Assembly (NCBI GenBank): GCA_964016885.1
Contig: OZ024755.1
Span: 12,214,001 to 12,278,000 of the forward strand
Origin: Eledone cirrhosa
Taxonomy: Eukaryota
Direction: 5' to 3'
Length of the DNA: 64,000 bases
Both the position numbers and the translations under genes were made by a program. How positions within the stretch are numbered: position 1 is the stretch's first letter; the number at the start of each line of letters is the position of its first letter. Shown here piece after piece: positions 1-15,834 of this stretch. The notes below the pieces were generated by a model, which did no database searches, had not been told where the DNA came from, and saw nothing but the letters and a program-made list of their open reading frames with translations.

Positions 1-562
1 ATGTTTGTATGTATGTATGTATGTATGTATGTGTGTATGCATGTATGTGTGTATGCATGTTTGTATGTATGTATGTATGTGTGTATTTGTGTATGTGTGT
101 ATGCATGTATGTGTGTATGCATGTTTGTATGTTTGTATGTATGTATGTATGTGTGTATTTGTGTATGTTTGTATGCATGTATGTGTGTATGCATGTTTGT
201 ATGTTTGTATGTACGTATGTGTGTATTTGTGTATGTTTGTATGCATGTATACGTGTATGTCGGTGTGTGTACGTAAGAATGCATTCTTGTATGTATGTAT
301 TTATGTGTTTATGCATATGAATGTGTGTACGTTCATTGGTGTGTTTGTGCGTATATGCATGTGTATGTATGTTTGTGTGCATGCATGCACGTATGTATGT
401 CTGTGCTTGTATGTGTGTTTGTGCATGCTTGTATGTATGCGTCAGCGTATGCATGTGTACGCTTGTATATTTGTTCATCTGTGTATGAATGCATGTAATG
501 CAGGTGTGTGTATGCGTGTATGTATTCAGTTTGAACGTCTGATTTCTTGTATGTATGGGAGC

Positions 563-607
<45 letters not shown>

Positions 608-616
608 TGGTTGTAT

Positions 617-663
<47 letters not shown>

Positions 664-768
664 TGGTTGTATGTATGTGTGTGTACATATATATTATATA
701 TGTATGTGTGTATATATATATATTCATGGTTGTATGTATGTGTGTGTATATATATATATATGTATGTA

Positions 769-800
<32 letters not shown>

Positions 801-838
801 CATATTCATGGTTGTATGTATGTGTGTGTACACATATA

Positions 839-911
<73 letters not shown>

Positions 912-996
912 TCATGGTTGTATGTATGTGTACATATACATATATATATATTCATGGTTGTATGTATGTATATATATATATATATATATACACACA
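1..996. repeat. Compound (TGTA/TGCA)n and (TA)n microsatellite
   Basis: Direct reading. A higher-order unit ATTCATGGTTGTATGTA recurs about 6 times from 602. Confidence 0.95.
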
Positions 997-1448
997 TTCA
1001 GTGTGAATGTGTGTGTGTTTTCTTTGCTGATTTCTATCGAGTTCTTCACAGAATTTCAGTCTGTTTCTGAGAATGTGACAAGTGTTTGGGCTGATGTTTC
1101 GCTTTAGGTATATATATTAACACAGACAATAACAATAAATTGAATGATGATGCAAGTTACGTGGTTTTTCCTTGTAAAGTATCATTGATTTTTTTAAAAA
1201 TCAATAAGCGTCTCTGGCCACTTTCCGTCTCCAGGGGTGTTTCCCCTGATTTATTCTACTATTACTATTAATTATCGACTCTTATTATAGTTATCTGTAT
1301 TGTGGCGAATATTTTCAAATTTGAATGTTATATTTTTCTAAAAGGGAACATTTCTGAATGATTTATTTGGGATTTCTTTTTTTATATTACAACCTGCTCC
1401 TTCACAACAAAATGTCTTCAGTCAATTGTCATACACTACGCCGGCACT

Positions 1449-2460
1449 TGGGTATTTACCTCCCTATGTTAGCTCTACAATGTATATCTGGGTATTTATC
1501 TCCCTATGTTAGCTCTACAATGTATATCTGGGTATTTATCTCCCTATGTTACCTCTACAATGTATATCTGGGTATTTATCTCCCTATGTTAACTCTACAA
1601 TGTATATCTGGGTATTTATCTCCCTATGTTAGCTCTACAATGTATATCTGGGTATTTATCTCCCTATGTTAACTCTACAATATATATCTGGGTATTTATC
1701 TCCCTATGTTACCTCTACAATGTATATCTGGGTATTTATCTCCCTATGTTAGCTCTACAATGTATATCTGGGTATTTACCTCCCTATGTTAGCTCTACAA
1801 TGTATATCTGGGTATTTATCTCCCTATGTTAACTCTACAATGTATATCTGGGTATTTACCTCCCTATGTTAACTCTACAATGTATATATGGGTATTTACC
1901 TCCCTATGTTAACTCTACAATGTATATCTGGGTATTTACCTCCCTATGTTAGCTCTACAATGTATATCTGGGTATTTATCTCCCTATGTTAACTCTACAA
2001 TGTATATCTGGGTATTTATCTCCCTATATTAGCTCTACAATGTATATCTGGGTATTTATCTCCCTATATTAGCTCTGCAATGTATATCTGGGTATTTATC
2101 TCCCTATGTTAACTCTACAATGTATATCTGGGTATTTATCTCCCTATGTTAACTCTACAATGTATATCTGGGTATTTATCTCCCTATATTAGCTCTACAA
2201 TGTATATCTGGGTATTTATCTCCCTATATTAGCTCTACAATGTATATCTGGGTATTTATCTCCCTGTGATAGCTCTACAATGTGACTCTGGGTATTTACC
2301 TCCTAAGGCTAGCTCTACGATGTGTGTCTGGGTATTTAGCTCCCCGGAACAGCTCCACTGTGTATATCTGGGTATGTAGCTCCCTAAGGTAGCTCTAAGA
2401 TGTATATCTGGGTATCTAACTCCCTGGAATAGCTCTACAATATATATCTGGGTATTTAGC
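1449..2460. repeat. 40-bp minisatellite, about 25 copies
   Basis: Unit GGTATTTATCTCCCTATGTTAGCTCTACAATGTATATCTG. The last five or so units are diverged. Confidence 0.97.
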
Positions 2461-2516
2461 GCCACATTCATCCAGTTATGTACCCTATTTTCCCAAATAA
2501 AATAATTTCAACTTAC

Positions 2517-2587
2517 AGTTTGGTATGTAGACAAACCTAGTTTGGTATGTAGACAAACCTAGTTTGGTATGTAGACAAACCTAGTTT
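2517..2587. repeat. 22-bp tandem repeat x3
   Basis: AGTTTGGTATGTAGACAAACCT repeated. Confidence 0.9.
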
Positions 2588-3077
2588 TTGACACTTTTTG
2601 CTCTGACCAAACGAAGAAAATTACTAATCCTGCATTTTCACTACACAGTCCACTCTCACAATAACACTATACACCTGTCTGCTCTGCCCCTTTTTGGATA
2701 TTTCCACGACGCTGCTACACGGCAAAGATACTTATATATATATATTTATTTATCAGAGGAAATTGTTATATATTTAATCTATAAAACTGTGATCCATTAA
2801 GTTTCAGTAATGCGCTACTCAGATGTGTGTGCCCTAGGTGGCTGGCCTAGTTGGTTTGAATGATAGCACCGACTCTGATGTCTACCAATAAATTAACTAA
2901 ACAAGACAATACAGTGGGATATTACTCCCCACCAAAAAAAAAGAAAGAATCTTACCTAAGACTTACATTTTTCGATCAGTTTCAGTTTATCGTCGTTTTT
3001 TTTTTCTGTCTTTTCCCTTCAATTCCTTTCCATTTTGTCTGTTAATATGTACACCTTAAACGAAACATCGCCGTTTC

Positions 3078-4699
3078 ACATACACACAGACACGTACACA
3101 AATGCACTAACACACACACACGTACACAAACACAGAGACACACACACGCGCGTACACAAATGCAGTGACACAGACGTACACAAACACACAGACACACACA
3201 CGCGTACACAAACACACAGACACACACTCGCGGACCCAAATGGACTAACACACACACACACACACGTACACAAACACACAGACACACACACGCGCGTACA
3301 CAAATGCACTGACACACACACACACGTACACAAACACACAGACACACACACGCGTACACAAATGCACTGACACACACACACACACGTACAGAAACACACA
3401 CACGCGTACACAAATACACTGACACACACACACTGACACACACGCATACACAAATGCACAGAAACAAACACACACGTACACACACACACACGAGTACACA
3501 AATGCACTGACACACACACACACACACAGACACACACACGCGCGTACACAAATGCACTGACACACACACACACGTACACAAACACAGACACACACACACG
3601 TACACAAACACACAGACACACGCGCGTACACAAATGCACTGACGCACACACACATACGTACACAAATGCACTGACACACACACAGGCACACGTACACAAA
3701 TGCACTGACACACATAGACACACGCACGCGCGTACACAAATGAACTGACACACACACGTACACAAACACACGTACACAAACACACACACACACACACGTA
3801 CACAAATGCACTAACACACACACACGTACACAAACACACACACACGCGCGTACACAAATGCACTGACACACACACACACACGTACAGACACACACGCGCG
3901 TACACAAATGCACTGACACACACACACACGTACACAAACACAGACACACACACACGTACACAAACACAGACTCACACACGTACACAAACACGCAGACACA
4001 CACCCACGTACACAAACACACAGACACACACACACACGTACACAAACACACAGACACACACACACGTACACAAACACACAGACACACACACACGTACACA
4101 AACACAGACACACACACAGACACACAGACACACAAACGCACACACACACACACACACGTACACGTACACACACACACACACACACACAATCACAGACACA
4201 CACACACACGTACACAAACACACACACACACAGACACACACACACACGTACACAAACACACAGACTCACACACGTACACAAACACGCAGACACACACCCA
4301 CGTACACAAACACGCAGACACACACACACAGACACACACACGTACACAAACACACAGACACACGTACACAAACACACAGCCACACACACACACAGACACA
4401 CACACAAACGTACACAAACACACAGACACACACACACACGTACACAAACACAGACACACACACACACGTACACAAACACACACACACACGTACACAAACA
4501 CAGACACACACACACACGTACACAAACACGCAGACACACACCCACGTACATAAACACACAGACACACACACACAAACACAGACACACACACACGTACACA
4601 CACACACAGACACACACACACGTACACAAACACACACACACACACACACACACAGACACACACACACACGTACACAAACACAAACACACAGACACACGT
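3078..4699. repeat. Compound (CA)n-based satellite with CGTACACAAA anchors
   Basis: Direct reading. Confidence 0.95.
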
Positions 4700-4889
4700 A
4701 TTTTATAGGATTTCTTTAGTGAAGACCGGTCAAAGGATTTGTAAATATTTGAGTGTTGGTCCTCACTAATGTGAGTGGGCGTGTGCATATATGTGAGTGG
4801 CAGTGTGCACTCATGTTTTGAGTGGACTTGTCTCCCGCGGACCTAATTACGAGTGTGCATACTGCGCAGACACATATAGCGGTATTTGT

Positions 4890-5524
4890 ATATATATATG
4901 TACGTGTATATGTCTGTGTGTGTGTGTGCATGAATGCGTGTATGCATGCATGAATATCTGCATGTGTGCATGTATGTGTATGTATATGTATGTAAGTGTG
5001 TATAAACGTGCATGTGTAAGTATGTATCGACGTCCGCATATGTATGTATGTATGAACGTTTGTGTGTATATACTTAGGTATGTGTACTTATGTATGTATG
5101 TATGTATCTATGTACATGTGCATATGCATACATGCATATTTGTATGCATGTCTGTATGTATGTGTGTATGTATGTGTGTATGTACATGTGCATATGCATG
5201 TATGCATGTATGTATGTATGAATGTATGTGTGTATGTATGTATGTATATATGTGTGCATGCATGCATGTATGTGTGTGTGTATGTGTGCATGTATGCATG
5301 TATGTATGTATGTATGTATGTATGTATGTGTGTATGTACATGTGCATATGCATACATACATATTTGTATGCATGCCTGTATGTATGTATGTATGTATGTG
5401 TGTATGTATGTATATATGCGTGCATGTATGTATGTATGTATGTGTGTATGTATGTATGTATATATGTGTGCATGCATGCATGTATGTGTGTGTGTGTATG
5501 TGTGCATGTATGTATGTATGTATA
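4890..5524. repeat. (TGTA/TGCA)n microsatellite
   Basis: Direct reading. Confidence 0.9.
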
Positions 5525-5708
5525 TTTTGCGGCTGGCTGTACAGGTGAGCTAAGTTGCTTACCTTTTTGTCAAAGGCGAAACTTCTTCGTTCGATTACTA
5601 GAAATCGATTAATTAAGTCCCACAACGAAGGATATACTAATAACGGTATAACTAATTATTCGATTTCATCGTGATGTCCCGCGTGGTTTAAACTAAAAGA
5701 AATCTAAT

Positions 5709-5987
5709 GTCTGTCTTAAGCCAGAAGGCTCATTTGGCCGGTACTTATCCCGGTTACACGGCGTGAAGTGACTGAGAGTACAAGACTTCCCCCTGGACAG
5801 GACGCCAGTCCATCGCAGGGTTAAGGCTCCAGCTATTGCTGGTACTGGTACTCATTTTCAGCTGAGTATATTGGAGCAACGTGAAATGAAGTGTTTTGCT
5901 CAAGAACACAACACGCAGCCCAGGAATCGAACCCACGACATTATGATGGTACGTCTAACACTCTTACCACTAGGCTACGTGTCTCCA
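5709..5987 (-). mobile_element. Full-length tRNA-derived CORE-type SINE
   Basis: Minus strand has an A box (TAGCCTAGTGG), a B box (GGTTCGATTCC), a CORE-like segment TGTGTTCTTGAGCAAAACACTT and a tail AACCCTGCGATGGACTGGCGTCCTGTCCAGGGGG. Confidence 0.85.
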
Positions 5988-6020
5988 CAGGATTAAATTC
6001 TATATATCTATATCTATCTA

Positions 6021-7614
<1,594 letters not shown>

Positions 7615-7674
7615 AGGGTTAAAATACTGGAGCGTGTTGGAGTTAAACACCCTCTTCGTATTATAGAAATGACA

Positions 7675-7743
<69 letters not shown>

Positions 7744-7919
7744 TACATACACACACACACGCGCGCGCGTTGGCTAAAGTGTTCATAGCCAGAATATAAA
7801 GTGATGCTAGAGCTGTGAAATCTTGCATGCATTAATTTCAATTATTCTAGATAATAAGTGCATTGTTTCTTGCCAAGGACTATTTTAATAAATAAATCTC
7901 TATCATTTGCTCATTCCAT

Positions 7920-8535
7920 GAGAGAACCGTGGTCGCCCTATGAACATTTCAGCCGACCACGTATCCAGTTGACCACCGAGTCTATTGTAACGATCAAGCC
8001 GCCTCCCCTCTTCAAAAACGAAGGAGAGGCGGTGTTTCTGTGCGTAATAGCCATGGCGAAAGAGGTTGTATGGTGGACGCGTCTGAAAGGACTGAGGTCA
8101 GACTCCTTTCTCTCTGGCCAACAACTGGTCCGTTTCTTCCGATATCATTTCGGAAGAAGGGTCAGGATGGAAAGAGAGAGGTGCTGCACCCCAGCCGTTT
8201 TTATGAAAGATGGGTGAAAGTGGCGAGAATGGCCCGTGTGAATGGGCCTTCACTCTACATCAGACTATAGGTGAGGAAGATGAAAGATCAAGGGAGCACC
8301 CCCTCTCTGTGTTCCTGAGGAGAAGGGTTGCACATTTTTTTCGGGTGTGTGTGCGACCCCCCAAGGCGCCTCCTCTCTATTGAGGATTTTGTTATAAAAT
8401 TTATTTTGTTATATTTTATTTTATTTTTATATCTTGTTATTGCCTCCTCCTTATTGAGGACGCCTTTGCATGTAAACTCCCCCCCCTTTGTACTTGTCCC
8501 ACTTTTTCATGCCCTGGTGGCAAATAAAAAGAAAG
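7920..8535 (+). mobile_element. L1/Tx1-like LINE 3' fragment (ORF2 C-terminus plus 3' UTR)
   Basis: Frameshifted peptide AMAKEVVWWTRL...LVRFFRYHFGRRVRMERE...F.ERWVKVA resembles Tx1-clade ORF2 ends. Ends in AATAAA plus an A-rich tail. Clade call is from recall. Confidence 0.6.
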
Positions 8536-8570
8536 TTATCTATATATCTATTTATATGTGTATAAATATG

Positions 8571-8679
<109 letters not shown>

Positions 8680-8704
8680 ATATATGTATATATGTATATA
8701 TATG

Positions 8705-8793
<89 letters not shown>

Positions 8794-8817
8794 GTGTATA
8801 TATATATACATATATAC

Positions 8818-8895
8818 AAAGTACTCGATACTGGGTAGAATAGCTTGGTCAAAACGGACGGAGCTCAGCCGTCGGGGACGCGACTCTTTTCCTAT
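8818..8895. mobile_element. Family P1 internally deleted copy
   Basis: AAAGTACTCGATACTGGGTAG (tail-like) joined to ...ACGGAGCTCAGCCGTCGGGG...CCTATA (one arm only), inside (TA)n. Confidence 0.55.
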
Positions 8896-8908
8896 ACATA
8901 TATATATA

Positions 8909-8968
<60 letters not shown>

Positions 8969-9117
8969 TTCATATATATATACACATATATACATATATA
9001 TATATACATATATATATATACACATATATACATATATATATATATACACATATATACATATATATATATATATACACATATATACATATATATATACACA
9101 TATATATATATATACAC

Positions 9118-9186
<69 letters not shown>

Positions 9187-9342
9187 TATATATATATATA
9201 CACACATATATATATATACATATATACATATATATATACATACATATATACATATATATATACATATATATACATATATATATACATATATACATATATA
9301 TATATATATTTATATATATTATGTATATATATATATATAAAA

Positions 9343-9460
9343 TAATTGTTTCTACTTTAGGCACAAGGCCAGCAAATACCCAGTGCATTACTGGTACTTT
9401 ATTTTATCGACCCCGTAAGGATGAAAGGCAAAATTAACCTCGGCGGGATTTGAACTCAGA
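9343..9460 (-). mobile_element. 5'-truncated SINE family M (Meta/MESC-like domain)
   Basis: Reverse complement of TTTGCCTTTCATCCTTACGGGGTCGATAAAATAAAGTACCAG...GTAGAAAC. Confidence 0.85.
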
Positions 9461-9664
9461 AATAATGATATATGTATATCAATAATATATATATATACAT
9501 ATATATATATACGTATATGAATAATATATTTATTCATATACACACACACATATATCCATATATTGTATACACACAATATGTGGATATATGTGTGTGTGTG
9601 TATCGCAACACGAAACACTTGTATTTATATTAATATATGTAAATAAAGTTGCATGTATGTATAC

Positions 9665-9722
<58 letters not shown>

Positions 9723-10029
9723 ATTTGTTTATATAAACAAATACACACACACACATATTTCAATATGTATGCATATTTATATATGAATAAATGTGTATAT
9801 ACATATATTAATATATATACATATGTATACGTTACACGAACACAAACGTGAATATATATATATATACATATACACATATAAATATACACATACACATATA
9901 CATAATATGTATATAAAATATATATCTAATTGTTATACATTTCTATGTATATATAAAAATAGATAAATATATATATCTATATACTTATAAATATGTATGC
10001 ATAAATATATATATACATATAAATATATA

Positions 10030-10117
<88 letters not shown>

Positions 10118-10290
10118 TATACATACAAATGTATGTACAAGTATTTGTATATATAAATATATTTAATAAAACTAGAATTTTAAACATCTCTCTAGTATTC
10201 AGAATGTAATTGAATTAGGGGTTTATATACATAAATACATAAATACTCATACATATATTTATATATCGTTATAAATTTATATATATATAA

Positions 10291-10334
<44 letters not shown>

Positions 10335-10482
10335 GGACCAGGCGATGCGTTATGTCCTTGAGCAAGACACTTTATTTCACGTTGCTCCTTCTACCTGGAG
10401 TTGCGACCGATAGATAGTATTAGCAATTGGAAAGACCAACGGAAACATTGTTCCCTCGGTCCGATTTGACGAAAGTCGATCG

Positions 10483-10529
<47 letters not shown>

Positions 10530-10544
10530 ATATATATAAATCAC

Positions 10545-11115
10545 TAATGTAGGCGGGAAGCCGCTAGAATTGGTTGAGGACTATCTGTATTTGGGAGCAA
10601 AGAATGGCAATACGGAAGATGATGTGGTTGAGGGGACTGGCAAAGCCTGGGCGAGTGCCACAGCTTGAAATAGGTATGGAAGTCAGACCTGAAAATCCGC
10701 CTCTTCATTGCTGTCGTGGAGTCTGTGCTGCTGTACGGGTCTGAGAGTTGGACACTGACCAAGAGACTCACTCAGATGGTGGATGGGTGCTACACGAGAA
10801 TGCTGAGGATGGCTCTGAACATTGATCAGTATACACTGAGGATGAAGAACTCAGAGCTGTATGGGAGCATCCCAAAAGCCAGCTCAAAAGTGACACAGAG
10901 GAGACTGAGGTTGGCTGGACATGCTCACCGACATCCAGAGTTGACATTGCACTCAGTGCTCCTTTGGGAGCCCTTACATTACATGGACACACTGGAAGTT
11001 GATGCCCTAAGGACAGACACTGGTCTGTTGGAGACGCAGGACATGGCAGCGATAAGGAGGGAGAGAGGCCGATGGAGAGAACTCATCCATGGATCTCAGG
11101 AATTTTACCCGCCCT

Positions 11116-11117
<2 letters not shown>
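10545..11117 (+). mobile_element. RTE-clade LINE 3' fragment, decayed
   Basis: LELVEDYLYLG, VESVLLYGSESWTLTK...DGCYTRMLRMALNI and RRLRLAGHAHRH...LLWEP are typical post-RT RTE motifs. Frameshifts and stops present. Flanked by (TA)n. Confidence 0.88.
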
Positions 11118-12630
<1,513 letters not shown>

Positions 12631-12745
12631 TGTGTGTGTAAATACGTCTGTTGTATTAAATTACATCACACCTCTTCCAAATAATTTGTACCCTAATTTC
12701 TATCCTATTGAGTACTTTACCCCCTTTTCTTAATCATTAATATAG

Positions 12746-12916
12746 GGTGCCGAATTGGCAGTATCGGTAGAGGGTCGGACGCCATGCTTTGTCGCATAGA
12801 GTTTCGGCCCTTTCCCTTCTGAGTTCAAATCCCGCTTCTCATCCTTATGTGGTCAATAAAATAAAGTACCAGTAATGCACTGGGTAATTGCTGGCCTTGT
12901 GTGAAAAGTAGAAACA
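12746..12916 (+). mobile_element. SINE family M with 10-bp TSD
   Basis: tRNA-like head with B box GAGTTCAAATCC. TSD ATTAATATAG at 12736-12745 and 12917-12926. Confidence 0.85.
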
Positions 12917-13113
12917 ATTAATATAGTGATCGACTGTTATAATTACTATTTCCTTTGGTATACACACACAGAAACACACATATACACTCACTCACACATG
13001 CATTTACACACTCATACTGAGTAAGAGAGATGTTTTTGTGTATATATTATATTCAAATATATATATTTGCCTGAGTGTACATATATGTGTGTATATATAT
13101 ATATTTATATATA

Positions 13114-13300
13114 TAGGTAAAGGTATGACCCCGACGGCAGAGCTCAAGCCGTTTCGACGGCTATTTCTAGAAATAGCCTCGAAACGGCTTGGGCTCTGCC
13201 GTTGGGGTCATACCTTTTCCTATTACCCACTCTACTACCCTAAGTATTGAGTACTCTGGTGCGTTATGGTCTATCTGGTTCCTTACCACAATTCCTTCGT
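13114..13300 (+). mobile_element. Fold-back element family P1 (about 110-bp palindrome plus about 77-bp tail), probable Penelope-like remnant
   Basis: Palindrome 13114-13223 centred on TTTCT|AGAAA. Tail ATTACCCACTCTACTACCCTAAG...CCTTCGT is shared with the 13846 and 53511 copies. Flanked by TA-rich tracts. Confidence 0.7.
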
Positions 13301-13440
13301 ATTTATATATATAATACTATTTATAGTTATGTATATAGTATAAATAACTATAAACGGGAAGGTCAGTAATTTCTTAATTACCGTATTATCAGTAAGAGAA
13401 ATAGCTCAATGTATGAACATCAGTTGTTTTACAGAGCAGT

Positions 13441-13620
13441 TAAATAAATAAATTATACTATTATCAAAGTTGTGCTCAAATCATTCAATAGCAGACAATC
13501 GATTCTTCCAAACTCTCGTTTGGAGTCATCGATGACTCCAAACGAGGGTTTGGAAGAAACGATTGTCAGCTATTAAATGATTTGAGCACAACTTTGATAA
13601 TAGTATAATTTATTTATTTA
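13441..13620. repeat. 180-bp near-perfect palindrome (90-bp arms, no spacer)
   Basis: Centre GAGTCATC|GATGACTC at 13530/13531. Arms match with few mismatches. Confidence 0.9.
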
Positions 13621-13798
13621 TTTATTTATATATATTCATATATATATATATATATATATATTTAATTATGTACTAAACATCACAATATAATTATATATGT
13701 TGTTGTTTATTACACAATTAAAAAGCTCTGTACTATAGACAGAGCTTTTCTTTCCCTTACCTCTTCTACCGAAATACTTAATACACACGCACACACAC

Positions 13799-13845
<47 letters not shown>

Positions 13846-13846
<1 letters not shown>

Positions 13847-14046
13847 CGAAGGAAATGTGGTAAGGAACCAGGTGGACCATAATGCACCAAAGTACTCAAT
13901 ACTTAGGGTAGTAGAGTGGGTAATAGGAACGAGTAGGACCCCGACGGCTGAGCTCAAGCCGTTTCGACGGCTAATTCTGGATTTTAGTCCAGAATTAGCC
14001 GTCGAAGCGGCTTGAGCTCAGCCGTCGGGGTCCTACTCGTTCCTAT
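13846..14046 (-). mobile_element. Fold-back element family P1, inverted copy
   Basis: Tail 13846-13922 then a near-perfect palindrome 13923-14046. (TA)n on both sides. Near-identical to 53511-53708. Confidence 0.75.
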
Positions 14047-14109
14047 ATATATATATATATATTTATATATATAAAGAAGAAATTAAAAGATGGTTAAAAA
14101 TGTTCCGTA

Positions 14110-14179
14110 TATTTTATTATGCGCATTTCGAAAACAACATCATCCTGGGACAAAAGTTGTGTTCTCATCAGATAAAACA
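14110..14179 (-). ncRNA. Minimal type I hammerhead ribozyme (Penelope-like element type)
   Basis: Minus strand reads tgttttat-CTGATGA-gaacacaac-[loop]-gttgttttc-GAAA-tgcgca-TA-ataaaata. Stem I is 8 bp (one G-U), stem II 8 of 9 bp, helix III is the palindrome ATGCGCAT, and the cleavage triplet is AUA. Confidence 0.85.
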
Positions 14180-14301
14180 AGTAACATGATATGAGGCCTA
14201 AAAACACTTGTGAACAAGAAAGTGTTCAGTCAACTGATATATGTATAGTTTTATTGTTCTACAATATTACTCATTTCCTATATATATATATATATATATA
14301 C

Positions 14302-14361
<60 letters not shown>

Positions 14362-15834
14362 CGTAGTTTTATATTTGTTTTGAAATATAGTGCTATATGT
14401 GTGTACGTGTATCTATCTATCTATACACACGCATATACACACACACACGCGCACCCGCACACACACACGCACCCTCACACACACACGCACACACACACAC
14501 ACACACACGCACACACACATACACATACACACACACATACATATATATATATAAATACATCCATATGTATATATTTTTATATATATATATATATATATAG
14601 TTATATTTAGTTATAGATTTTTATGTTGTGAGTTCAAATCCACTGAAATTCCCCTTTGCCTCTCATCCTTCTGCAGTTAATTTAATAAATACCAGAACAA
14701 TCCTGGAGTCGATTTACTTGACTTTCCTCTCCCTAAAATTCCTGACCCCTCGCCTATATCAGAAATCCCTATTATCCTCACCTATCGTCTGCTTTTTATG
14801 CTGGGATGGGTTGGATTGGTTGTTATGATCTAAGCAGGCTTTTATTCACAGTTACTGCGCCTTCTTCATTGCACAGGAAGAACATATCTCTTTCCTGTTT
14901 CCTCCACTCGAATTCAATTCCTAACACAAACCATACTGCAGAGTCTACTGGGTGCTTTTATCTTACGAGCAACACTAGAGGCAGACTGTCTTGCCCTCGG
15001 CATAACTGAAGTGTCTTCTCTGCACTACGGTGTCTTTGTTTTATCGTCGAGCAGTTTACAAATTGTACGAAGTACATTTTATCATGGCTGTGGCACTAGA
15101 GAGGTTATTTTCTTGAAAAGACTAGTGTTGTGTGGCTTCCATTCGTTTGTTAACCACTTTTCAGAGTGTACTGGGTGCATTTTATTATATTGAGAAATGC
15201 AGCGTTGCCTCTACACAACGACAGGAACCCTCATCAATCTAGTTCGCCTCTATCCTTTCAGGGAAGAAGTGTACGTGAGTTGAATTTGAAAGGTAATGGT
15301 GACGAAGTTTTTAAAATGAATAAGAGTGGGAAGAGGGAAAATATGACGAGATGGTGATGATTTAATCATCAACGACTTTACTGTGTGTACTAGATGTATT
15401 TTATCAGTGAGAGCTTCAGGCCTGTCAACTCTTCCCGTCCGACGGGGAGATCTTCCACCCACTTTGGGTGAGAGATGTCTTCTCTTGTAAAAATAAGTAT
15501 AGCTTTCTTTATGTAAAACCTCGCCATTTTGCCTAATTCCTCCCCGTTTTGAGGCACTTTATTTTTCATGGTACTCCCCCGTTTGGGTTTTTAGAGGTTG
15601 GCAAGTCTGGAGCTTGTCTGGCCACTACGTGGCAAATACTTCTCTCAACTCTATACGTTGTCTTCACTCTTTCATGGCAAATATTGTCTATAGCTGCGTT
15701 TGTTGGCAAATGACGGAGAGTGTAATATGAAGGATGAGGGGTAACCACGAGGTTGATTGAAGAGAGTGTATAAATTGTGTCAAGAGAGTGTATAAATTGT
15801 CAAGGGCAAATAGTGATAGGATGATAGGGGAGAA

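Noticed and set aside
1051-1108. Possible small exon (cacAG...TAG|GTATAT), also the donor-like CAG|GTGAGC near 5543
   Set aside because: Splice-like signals only, with no coding or other support.
1449-2460. CRISPR-like regular repeats (also 45482 and 55740)
   Set aside because: No unique spacers, eukaryotic context and no cas genes.
5915-5987. tRNA gene-like A and B boxes (also other SINE heads)
   Set aside because: No full cloverleaf, and the sequence continues into a SINE body.
10716-11117. 133-aa ORF as a host gene (also 28819-29139 and 7858-8217)
   Set aside because: Truncated, frameshifted LINE ORF2 fragments.
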